From positions 6,143 to 38,142 of the forward strand of contig DCSN01000229.1 in assembly GCA_002325645.1 (NCBI GenBank): a DNA stretch of 32,000 nucleotides, written 5' to 3'. The position numbers and the translations under genes are program-made. Source of the stretch: Pseudanabaena sp. UBA1465 (GTDB taxonomy: Bacteria > Cyanobacteriota > Cyanobacteriia > Pseudanabaenales > Pseudanabaenaceae). This document shows, piece by piece, positions 8,053-15,783 of this stretch (positions within the stretch are counted from its first letter, which is position 1; each line of letters starts with the position of its first letter). The notes under the pieces were generated by a model, which saw only the letters and a program-made list of their open reading frames with translations, ran no database searches and was not told the DNA's origin.

Positions 8053-8982
8053 ATGGCGGCAGGGAGATTAAGTTCCAAATTTACCCCGAACAAGATCGGC
8101 GAATGGTTTCAGCAACAAGCAAAATATCTTGTTCCTCCAGCGATCGCCCTAATATTTCTATTAGGTATCTGGCAAATTCTCTGTTCTGGCGCTAAGCCTC
8201 CATTGCCACCACCGACCAAGGTTTGGCAAGAGACACAGGAATATATCTGGCATCCATTTTTCGATCGCAACTACTTTGATGTCAATCAGAAAGAAAAAAT
8301 TGATAGCCCTGCGCGTCAAGCCCTCAAGGAGAAAGTCACCATCGAGCAAGGCTTAGGCGTAAAAACGATGACTAGCTTACGCCGCGTGGCAATTGGCTAT
8401 ACTGCTTCCGCCATAGTTGGTATTTCTCTTGGTATTGCGATCGGCACAAATGCCTTTTTATATCGAGCATTCGACCCAATTTTCCAAGTCTTGCGGACAA
8501 TCCCACCCCTTGCATGGCTACCGATCGCCATGTCCGCCTTCCAAGGTGTCAATGAATCTCTCAAATCCGTCGGTCTAGATGTTACCGAAGCGGCGGCGCT
8601 ATTCGTGATTTTTGTAACTTCAATTTGGCCGATCTTGATGAATACGGCGGTGGGTGTGCAGCAAGTTCCCCAAGACTATCGCAACGTATCGAGAGTACTC
8701 CGCCTCAGTAAAATTGATTACTTCATTACCATTTTGATGCCATCGGCGGCTCCTTACATTTTCACTGGGTTACGCATTGCGGTTGGTCTATCATGGCTGG
8801 CGATCGTGGCTGCGGAAATGTTGACAGGTGGTGTGGGTATTGGCTTCTTTATTTGGGATAGCTACAACAGCCAAAAAAGTAGTGAATTGATTCTGGCTCT
8901 GTTTTACATTGGTGTAGTTGGCTTCTTATTAGACAAATTGATCTATTACATTAGTAAGTTTACGGTTCAGTCAGATTCATAA
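8053..8982 (+). CDS. nrtB: Nitrate/nitrite ABC transporter permease
   Basis: Multi-TM protein with the ABC permease EAA-like region (MLTGGVGIGFFIWD). An AGGAG Shine-Dalgarno lies 8 nt upstream. Context also supports the call. Confidence 0.85.
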   Translation: MAAGRLSSKFTPNKIGEWFQQQAKYLVPPAIALIFLLGIWQILCSGAKPPLPPPTKVWQETQEYIWHPFFDRNYFDVNQKEKIDSPARQALKEKVTIEQGLGVKTMTSLRRVAIGYTASAIVGISLGIAIGTNAFLYRAFDPIFQVLRTIPPLAWLPIAMSAFQGVNESLKSVGLDVTEAAALFVIFVTSIWPILMNTAVGVQQVPQDYRNVSRVLRLSKIDYFITILMPSAAPYIFTGLRIAVGLSWLAIVAAEMLTGGVGIGFFIWDSYNSQKSSELILALFYIGVVGFLLDKLIYYISKFTVQSDS

Positions 8983-8989
8983 ACCTATA

Positions 8990-9026
8990 GAAATTTTGAT
9001 TTTGCCGTAGGCAAAATCAAAATTTC
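8990..9026 (+). other. Intra-operon hairpin between nrtB and the next gene
   Basis: gaaattttgattttgcc gtag gcaaaatcaaaatttc. Its apical part matches the hairpin at 25414-25452. Confidence 0.5.
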
Positions 9027-9055
9027 AAGCCTTTAAAATTAATCAAAATAGCAAT

Positions 9056-9892
9056 ATGCAGACACTAGATCTCACCGATAACGACCAGAAAAAAAATCAA
9101 GATCCTTTTTTAGTAATTGATGGAGTTTCCAAAGTTTACCAAACTGCCAGAGGTCCCTATACCGTTCTCGAAGACGTGAACTTAACCGTATATGAAGGCG
9201 AATTTATTTGTGTGATTGGTCACTCTGGTTGCGGTAAATCGACGTTGCTAAATATGGTGGCAGGTTTTAATAGACCGACTGCTGGCGAGATTTGCTTAAA
9301 GTCAAAACCAATCCTGCGTCCAGGTCCCGATCGCATGGTGGTGTTTCAAAACTATTCGCTCCTGCCTTGGATGAGTGCCTTTGAGAATGTCTATCTTGCC
9401 GTCAAACAAGTTTATACCGACAAATCTAAAGAAGAGAAAATTGCGATCGCTAAGAAAAGCTTAGAGTTAGTTGGCTTAACGGAAGCGATGCATAAAAAAC
9501 CGAAGGAACTTTCAGGCGGGATGCGTCAGAGGGTATCGATCGCCCGTGCATTATCGATCCGTCCTGAAGTGCTGATTCTTGATGAACCTTTCGGTGCATT
9601 GGATGTCATGACCCGCGAAGAATTGCAGGAAGAATTACTTGCTATTTGGCGGGAAAATCGAGTGACCGCATTGATGATCACCCATGAAATCGATGAGGCT
9701 TTATTTCTCGCCGATCGCATTGTGATGATGAGCAATGGACCCGCCGCCCATATCGCCGAAATCATCGATGTTCCCTTTGCCCGTCCCAGAAATCGCAAAG
9801 CGATCGCTGACGATCCTCGCTACTACACGCTCCGTAACTACATTCTCGAATTTCTGTATAACCGCTTTGCCCTTGCTGATGACGCTGAGTAA
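9056..9892 (+). CDS. nrtD: Nitrate/nitrite ABC transporter ATP-binding protein, short (NrtD-type)
   Basis: Walker [10 protein letters not shown], signature LSGGMRQR and Walker B LILDEP. At 278 aa it has no C-terminal extension. Confidence 0.8.
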   Translation: MQTLDLTDNDQKKNQDPFLVIDGVSKVYQTARGPYTVLEDVNLTVYEGEFICVIGHSGCGKSTLLNMVAGFNRPTAGEICLKSKPILRPGPDRMVVFQNYSLLPWMSAFENVYLAVKQVYTDKSKEEKIAIAKKSLELVGLTEAMHKKPKELSGGMRQRVSIARALSIRPEVLILDEPFGALDVMTREELQEELLAIWRENRVTALMITHEIDEALFLADRIVMMSNGPAAHIAEIIDVPFARPRNRKAIADDPRYYTLRNYILEFLYNRFALADDAE

Positions 9893-9898
9893 TTAATT

Positions 9899-11920
9899 AT
9901 GTCCAAATTCCTAGAAATCGATCACGTTAGCCGTGTTTTTAAAACCCAGAATGGCAAGCCCTACGTTGCCGTCAAAGATGTTTATTTTGAAATGAAGGAA
10001 GGCGAGTTTGTCTCGATTATTGGACATTCTGGCTGTGGCAAATCGACGGTACTAAATATTTTATCGGGATTGGATCGTGCTAGTGCAGGCGGTATTGTCT
10101 TAGAGGGACGAGAAGTACGCGAACCAGGTCCTGATCGGATGTTGGTGTTCCAAAACCACTCGCTCTTGCCTTGGTTAACGGTGCGTCAAAATATTGGATT
10201 GGCAGTTAATCGGGTTTTGAGAGATTTATCCAAAGAAGAACGTCGCCGCATTATTCAAGAAAATATTGATCTGGTTGGCTTAAGTCACGCGGCGGATAAA
10301 TATCCTAGAGAAATTTCGGGTGGGATGAAGCAACGGGTGGGTATTGCTCGCGCTTTGTCGATTAAGCCCAAGATTTTATTGCTCGATGAACCTTTTGGAG
10401 CTTTAGATGCTTTAACCAGAGGTCGTTTGCAAGAGAAATTAATGCAAATTTGTGATGAGCATAAAATCTCGGCGGTAATGATTACCCATGATGTTGATGA
10501 AGCTCTGTTGTTAAGCGATCGCATTGTGATGATGACCAATGGACCCGAAGCGAAAATCGGTCAAGTTCTCACCGTTGACCTGCCCCATCCGCGCAAAAAA
10601 CTAGAGGCGGTAAATCATCCCAATTATTATCGACTCAGAGGCGAAGTTGTTAATTTTCTAGATCGCCAGAAACAAATCAAACTGGAACGAGCCAAGAACA
10701 AGAGCAATGCGGCGATCAGTCTCGGCAACATTGAGAAAACCAATCTTACTATTGGCTACATTCCGCTTACGGATTGCGCTCCCTTTGCGATCGCGCAGGA
10801 AAAAGGACTATTCGCAAAATATGGTTTAGATGTTACCCTTTCTAAGGAAAATAGCTGGAATGACTTAGCGGAAGGAATTCGTGAAGGTCGTCTTGATGCC
10901 GCGCAAATGGTTACAGGGATGCCCCTAGCCATCACCCTCGGCATGGGTGGTAAGATTCCGACACCAGTAGTAACTTCCCTCACCTTAAGTCGCAATGGTA
11001 ATGCAATCACTCTCAGTAAAAGATTGCAAAATGAAGGAGTGCATGATCTCGCTTCTCTCAAAGCTTATATCGATCAATTCCAAGATAATGCTTATAATCC
11101 TGCGATGGGCATGGTACATCACGCATCAATGCATAACTTACTACTGAGACACTGGCTCTCTAGTGGTGGCATTGAACCAGACAAAGATGTGGATGTGATT
11201 GTGATTCCACCACCGCAGATGGTGTCTAATCTGATGGCAAATAATATCATCGGTTACTGTGTCGGTGAACCTTGGAACGTCCGCGCCGTCAATGATAACG
11301 TTGGCTTTGTCGTGGCAACTGACCTTAGTATTTGGCGCGGACATCCAGAAAAAGTTTTAGGGGTTCGCAAGGATTGGGCGGAACAATATCCCAATACCCA
11401 TCTTGCAGTCGTGAAGGCACTATTGGAAGCTTCGCAGTTCTGTGAACCCTTAGAAAATCGTGATGAAGTGGTGCTTACTTTAGCAAAACCACAGTATCTC
11501 AATCTCGATCCAATCTATATTCGCCCGGGATTTGCGGGTCCCTATCGGGTCAGTACAATGGAAGCAAAGTATGATCAGGATTTCTGCCAATTTGGTGTGA
11601 GCAATATGCCATCTCGCAAAGAACATCTCTGGGTATTAACCCAAATGGCACGTTGGGGATTAGTTAATTTCCCTGAAAACTATGCAGAAGTGATTTATAA
11701 CTTGTTGGCAACTAATCTGTATCAACAAGCCGCCAAGGAATTAGATCTGCCAATTACAGAAGAGGATAAATCCCCAATCGTTCTAGCGGATGGATCGTTG
11801 TTTGACCCCAATGATCCGATCGCCGCATTGCAATCGATGCCATACTCCCGATTCACTGAAACTAGTTATTTTGATCCCGCCAAAGGTTTTGCGATCAAAA
11901 AATTAGCTGTTCGTCAATAG
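9899..11920 (+). CDS. nrtC: Nitrate/nitrite ABC transporter ATP-binding protein with a C-terminal NrtA-like regulatory domain (NrtC-type)
   Basis: N-terminal ABC ATPase ([23 protein letters not shown]). A C-terminal half of about 390 aa resembles NrtA ([21 protein letters not shown]). Total length is 673 aa. Confidence 0.85.
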   Translation: MSKFLEIDHVSRVFKTQNGKPYVAVKDVYFEMKEGEFVSIIGHSGCGKSTVLNILSGLDRASAGGIVLEGREVREPGPDRMLVFQNHSLLPWLTVRQNIGLAVNRVLRDLSKEERRRIIQENIDLVGLSHAADKYPREISGGMKQRVGIARALSIKPKILLLDEPFGALDALTRGRLQEKLMQICDEHKISAVMITHDVDEALLLSDRIVMMTNGPEAKIGQVLTVDLPHPRKKLEAVNHPNYYRLRGEVVNFLDRQKQIKLERAKNKSNAAISLGNIEKTNLTIGYIPLTDCAPFAIAQEKGLFAKYGLDVTLSKENSWNDLAEGIREGRLDAAQMVTGMPLAITLGMGGKIPTPVVTSLTLSRNGNAITLSKRLQNEGVHDLASLKAYIDQFQDNAYNPAMGMVHHASMHNLLLRHWLSSGGIEPDKDVDVIVIPPPQMVSNLMANNIIGYCVGEPWNVRAVNDNVGFVVATDLSIWRGHPEKVLGVRKDWAEQYPNTHLAVVKALLEASQFCEPLENRDEVVLTLAKPQYLNLDPIYIRPGFAGPYRVSTMEAKYDQDFCQFGVSNMPSRKEHLWVLTQMARWGLVNFPENYAEVIYNLLATNLYQQAAKELDLPITEEDKSPIVLADGSLFDPNDPIAALQSMPYSRFTETSYFDPAKGFAIKKLAVRQ

Positions 11921-11940
11921 CTGAATACTTCTCTCTCTAT

Positions 11941-14109
11941 ATGTCTGAAACTATCCCTTCTATCCATGCCACACCTCACACTGTTAAAACCCTCTGCCCC
12001 TATTGTGGTGTCGGCTGTGGTTTGGAAATTGTGGAAACCACGAAAGAGCCAACCGTAAAATTTCCCGATCGCTTCAAAGTTCGAGGCGATCGCCGTCATC
12101 CATCTAGTCAAGGTATGGTCTGCGTCAAAGGCGCAACCGTTGCCGAATCCATTCAAAAGGATCGGCTATTACATCCAATGATGCGCGATCGCCTCGATCA
12201 AGAATTTCGCCAAGTCAGTTGGGAGCAAGCGTTTAGCGCGATCGTAAATCGAATTCAGAAAGTGCTGGCTACCACAGGGGCGGACGCTCTCTGTATGTTT
12301 GGTTCGGGGCAGTTTCAGACTGAGGACTATTACATAGCCCAGAAATTATTTAAAGGGTGTTTGGGAACCAATAATTTTGACGCAAATTCCCGTCTCTGTA
12401 TGTCTTCCGCCGTTTCAGGCTATGTCAAAAGCTTGGGAGCCGATGGTCCTCCCTGCTGCTATGAAGATTTTGAGTTAACTGATTGTCTATTTGCGATCGG
12501 TACAAATACTGCCGAATGTCATCCGATTATTTTCAATCGCTTTCGTAAATACCATAAAAAAAATCCCCATGTAAAGCTAATTGTCGTTGATCCACGCCGC
12601 ACTCAAACCGCCGAAGTTGCTGACCTCCATTTAGCGATTCAACCAGCAACAGATATTGATTTGTTAAATGGGATCGCTCACCTATTATTAAAATGGAATA
12701 AATGCGATCGCGCCTTCATCGAGAACCACACCACAGGTTTTGGTGAATTTCAAGAAATCACCGAACTTTATACTCCCGAATTTGTATCGCGGCGCTGTGG
12801 CATTAGCATCGAAGATTTGGAACTAGCTGCTAAATATTGGGCAGAATCGCAGCGAGTTCTCTCGATCTGGTCAATGGGAGTCAATCAATCCATTCAAGGC
12901 ACGGCAAAAGTGCAATGTATCATTAATCTGCATTTACTCACGGCTCAAATTGGGAAAGAAGGCACAGGTCCCTTTTCGCTCACAGGTCAGCCCAACGCAA
13001 TGGGAGGCAGAGAAGCGGGAGGTTTAGCCCAGTTATTACCTGGCTATCGCTTTGTCACTAATCCCGATCATCGTGCCGAATTAGAACAATTCTGGAATTT
13101 ACCTGCGGGACAAATTTCACCTCAAGTCGGTCGCACCGCATGGGATATCGTGCGCGGTTTAGAAGCCGATCAAGTTGATTTGCTCTGGATTGCGGCCACT
13201 AATCCCGCTGTTAGTTTTCCCGATTTAGTGCGAACCAAAGCCGCGTTAAGGCGATCGCCTTTCACCGTTTATCAAGATGCCTATTACCCCACCGAAACCT
13301 CTGAATTTGCCCATATCCTCCTGCCAGCAACCCAATGGAGCGAGAAGACTGGCACAATGACCAATTCTGAGCGTTGCGTCACTCTCTGTCAAGCCTTTCA
13401 GCCCCCTCTCGGTGAATCCCTTGCCGATTGGAAAATCTTTGCCGAAGTTGGTCGGAGATTAGGTTTTGCCGATAAGTTCCCATTCCAAAACTCCGCCGAG
13501 GTCTATGCCGAATTTGTGCAGATTACCCGCGATCGCCCTTGTGATATGACAGGTATTAGCCATGCCAAACTTGCGGAACTAGGCGCAATCCAATGGCAAG
13601 CTTCCGATCAACATCCTGAGCAAGATCAATTGCATAATAAGCGTCTCTACACCGATCTGCAATTCCATACAGGCGATCGCAAAGCTAGATTTGGAGCCTA
13701 TCATTCTCAAGGTGTATTTGAAGTTCCCGATGACCAGTATCCCTTCATTCTCACCAATGGCAGGGTATACGGACATTGGCATACGCAAACTCGCACAGGT
13801 CGCATTGATAAGATTCGGCAAATGTATCCGCATCCCTTTCTCGAAATCCATCCCAAAGATGCAGCTAGATTTTCCATTAACAATGGAGATTTAGTGGAAG
13901 TGAAATCACGACGCGGTTCTTCTAAGTTTCCTGCATTGGTGACGGAGGCGATCGCACGCGGTGTGTTATTTGTACCAATGCATTGGGGAACGCTCTGGGC
14001 GGACAATGCGGAAGCCAATGCTCTCACCCATCCCGAAGCTTGTCCCGACTCGAAGCAACCAGAGTTAAAGGCTTGTGCAGTGGCGATATCCTTAGTTAAT
14101 TTGCCTTAG
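11941..14109 (+). CDS. narB: Assimilatory ferredoxin-nitrate reductase (molybdopterin oxidoreductase)
   Basis: N-terminal 4Fe-4S motif CPYCGVGCG...C, followed by MopB-family blocks. It lies at the end of the nir-nrt cluster. Confidence 0.9.
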   Translation: MSETIPSIHATPHTVKTLCPYCGVGCGLEIVETTKEPTVKFPDRFKVRGDRRHPSSQGMVCVKGATVAESIQKDRLLHPMMRDRLDQEFRQVSWEQAFSAIVNRIQKVLATTGADALCMFGSGQFQTEDYYIAQKLFKGCLGTNNFDANSRLCMSSAVSGYVKSLGADGPPCCYEDFELTDCLFAIGTNTAECHPIIFNRFRKYHKKNPHVKLIVVDPRRTQTAEVADLHLAIQPATDIDLLNGIAHLLLKWNKCDRAFIENHTTGFGEFQEITELYTPEFVSRRCGISIEDLELAAKYWAESQRVLSIWSMGVNQSIQGTAKVQCIINLHLLTAQIGKEGTGPFSLTGQPNAMGGREAGGLAQLLPGYRFVTNPDHRAELEQFWNLPAGQISPQVGRTAWDIVRGLEADQVDLLWIAATNPAVSFPDLVRTKAALRRSPFTVYQDAYYPTETSEFAHILLPATQWSEKTGTMTNSERCVTLCQAFQPPLGESLADWKIFAEVGRRLGFADKFPFQNSAEVYAEFVQITRDRPCDMTGISHAKLAELGAIQWQASDQHPEQDQLHNKRLYTDLQFHTGDRKARFGAYHSQGVFEVPDDQYPFILTNGRVYGHWHTQTRTGRIDKIRQMYPHPFLEIHPKDAARFSINNGDLVEVKSRRGSSKFPALVTEAIARGVLFVPMHWGTLWADNAEANALTHPEACPDSKQPELKACAVAISLVNLP

Positions 14110-14121
14110 TAGATTTGTAGT

Positions 14122-14170
14122 AAGAAAAAACTTAAAAGTGTTGCGAAGCAACACTTTTAAGTTTTTTCTT
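14122..14170 (+). terminator. Terminator hairpin after narB
   Basis: aagaaaaaacttaaaagtgttgc gaa gcaacacttttaagttttttctt is a perfect 23-bp stem ending in a T-run. Confidence 0.7.
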
Positions 14171-14283
14171 GGTTTGGATTTGAGCGCAAAGCGCTGTAAG
14201 TGTTTCTCTGGTGCTGATGTAAAATGAAAACATCGGTAAACTTCGTGGTGTAAATAATTATGACTTACGCAAAAGACCGAAAT

Positions 14284-14311
14284 GTAGGGGCAATTCATGA
14301 ATTGCCCCTAC
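14284..14311. repeat. Perfect 28-nt palindrome gtaggggcaattcatgaattgcccctac at the left edge of the NLR module
   Basis: Read directly from the sequence. It lies immediately left of the vestigial effector 3' end. Confidence 0.9.
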
Positions 14312-14322
14312 GCTGGAATACT

Positions 14323-14382
14323 AATAATGTAAAAGTGACGGGTGATATCAATTGAGATAATCTGACTTAGGAGGTTTAGGCG
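14323..14382 (+). pseudogene. Vestigial 3' end of a second Bell-like effector gene copy (encodes ...NNVKVTGDIN stop) plus the conserved Shine-Dalgarno spacer
   Basis: About three quarters of positions, by eye, match 15292-15351, the 3' end of the 164-aa gene plus its spacer. The match includes aatgtNaaNgtNacgggtgatat and the aggagg-N-ttagg-N-g ATG junction. Confidence 0.7.
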
Positions 14383-14808
14383 ATGGAAGAATTGTTAGAA
14401 CTTAAGGGATTTTTACTTGATGGCAATATCCATGAGGCTTTGCTGTTGGTTGAGGAAATGACGGAAATGAGCAAAGACGACAAGCTGAATAAAATCTCCA
14501 GTTTTGCAAAGCTCCTCTTGTTGCATTTAATCAAGCGCCAAGCCGAAGGACATACAACGCGATCGTGGGATGCTTCTATTGAGAATGCTGTCTATGAAAT
14601 TCAAAAAACTAATCGTCGTCGTAAATCTGGTGGTAACTACTTATCGATTGAAGAATTAAGGGAAGCCATAAGTGATGCCTATCGAGTGGCTCTGTCTAGT
14701 GCGGCGGCGGCGGCTTTCGGTGGTTGTTATACAGTGTCACAGTTAGCTGATATGGTCGATCGCAATACCATAATTCAAGAGGCGATCTCGTTAGTTTCTA
14801 GTAGCTGA
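14383..14808 (+). CDS. Small helical protein, DUF29-like (paralogue A1 of the NLR-operon accessory protein)
   Basis: 141 aa with an AGGAGG Shine-Dalgarno. It is about 65 percent identical by eye to the ORF at 15352-15783. The pattern LLVEEMTEMSKDDK...LLLHLIKRQAEGHTTRSWDASI resembles the DUF29 pattern (EEIE.L.....hhhHLLKW......RSW..TI). Confidence 0.75.
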   Translation: MEELLELKGFLLDGNIHEALLLVEEMTEMSKDDKLNKISSFAKLLLLHLIKRQAEGHTTRSWDASIENAVYEIQKTNRRRKSGGNYLSIEELREAISDAYRVALSSAAAAAFGGCYTVSQLADMVDRNTIIQEAISLVSSS

Positions 14809-14853
14809 GATAAAATCAAAATATTTATAAATTAGTAAATCATTGGTGTAAAT

Positions 14854-15348
14854 ATGGAGCCTGTTTCTTTGCTTATGGGTTTGTTGGTGATTGTGGGTAC
14901 AGGCTCATTAACTAAGGTTGGTGAAAATATTACCGATGAAACAGTGAAACTGGCTCGATCGCTCTGGTCAATTCTCAGTCGCAAGGCTCCAGATTCGCAG
15001 ACGGCTAGGTTAATTGAGGCAGGGAAAGAGATTGATTATCAGCAAGCGGTAATTGATGTGGAGGCGATCGCTGATGATCCTGATGTGATTAAGTTGTTGG
15101 ATGAAGTGCGATCGCTTTTATCTAGCAATCAAGAATTAGCGACGAAGGTTGAAGAGTTGGTGGTACAGGCTAAAATTGGGTCAAAAAGTGTACAAGTGAT
15201 GGCTAATGATATTGAGGGCGTAAACCTTCGCGCAAAATCGATGAAGCAAACAGCGCCATCGGTTAGCGGTTCGGTCGAGCAAACGATGTTAAAAAATGTC
15301 AAGGTAACGGGTGATATTGATTTGGGTGATTTAACTCAGGAGGCTTAG
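14854..15348 (+). CDS. Bell-like putative membrane-targeting effector with a C-terminal NLR-matching (amyloid-signalling-like) motif
   Basis: 164 aa. N-terminal hydrophobic helix MEPVSLLMGLLVIVGTGSL, a helical body, and the C-terminal tail QTMLKNVKVTGDIDLGDLTQ, which aligns with residues 9-28 of the downstream NB-ARC protein. Confidence 0.65.
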   Translation: MEPVSLLMGLLVIVGTGSLTKVGENITDETVKLARSLWSILSRKAPDSQTARLIEAGKEIDYQQAVIDVEAIADDPDVIKLLDEVRSLLSSNQELATKVEELVVQAKIGSKSVQVMANDIEGVNLRAKSMKQTAPSVSGSVEQTMLKNVKVTGDIDLGDLTQEA

Positions 15349-15351
15349 GTG

Positions 15352-15783
15352 ATGGAAGAGTTATTAGAACTGAAGGGATTTTTGCTCAGTGGCAATATCT
15401 CTGATGCTTTGTTGTTGGTGGAGGAGATGACAGAAATGAGCAAGGATGACAAAATCAACAAGATTTCTAGCTACGCGAAGATTGTCATCTCTCATTTGAT
15501 TAAACGGGCTGCGGAAAAACGCACAACTAGATCTTGGGATCTGTCAATCAAACATGCGGTTAACGAAATTCAGAAAACAAATCGGCGGCGTAAGGCTGGC
15601 GGTAAATATATTGCTGATTCTGAATTGTTCGAGACATTTAATGAGGCATATCCTTTTGCTTTAGATTTGGCTGCTGTTGAGGCGTTTGGTGGGCATTATG
15701 AATCGGCTGAGTTGGGTGCGATGGTTGATCGCGATCGCGTAATTCAAGAGGCGATCGCTTTAGTTTTGGGTGAGGCAACATGA
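15352..15783 (+). CDS. Small helical protein, DUF29-like (paralogue A2), translationally coupled to the NLR gene
   Basis: The ATG lies 4 nt after the stop of the effector gene (TAG GTG ATG) and behind an AGGAGG Shine-Dalgarno. The stop overlaps the next start (ATGA at 15780-15783). It starts MEELLELKGFLL, like A1. Confidence 0.75.
   Translation: MEELLELKGFLLSGNISDALLLVEEMTEMSKDDKINKISSYAKIVISHLIKRAAEKRTTRSWDLSIKHAVNEIQKTNRRRKAGGKYIADSELFETFNEAYPFALDLAAVEAFGGHYESAELGAMVDRDRVIQEAIALVLGEAT

Noticed and set aside
14092-14298. 68-aa minus-strand ORF in the narB-NLR spacer
   Set aside because: It spans the narB terminator hairpin and the 28-nt palindrome. It has no Shine-Dalgarno and its composition is non-coding.
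14536-14556. HEPN-like Rx4H motif (RQAEGH) in DUF29-like protein A1
   Set aside because: The His is not conserved in paralogue A2 (RAAEKR), and the surrounding pattern fits DUF29 rather than HEPN.
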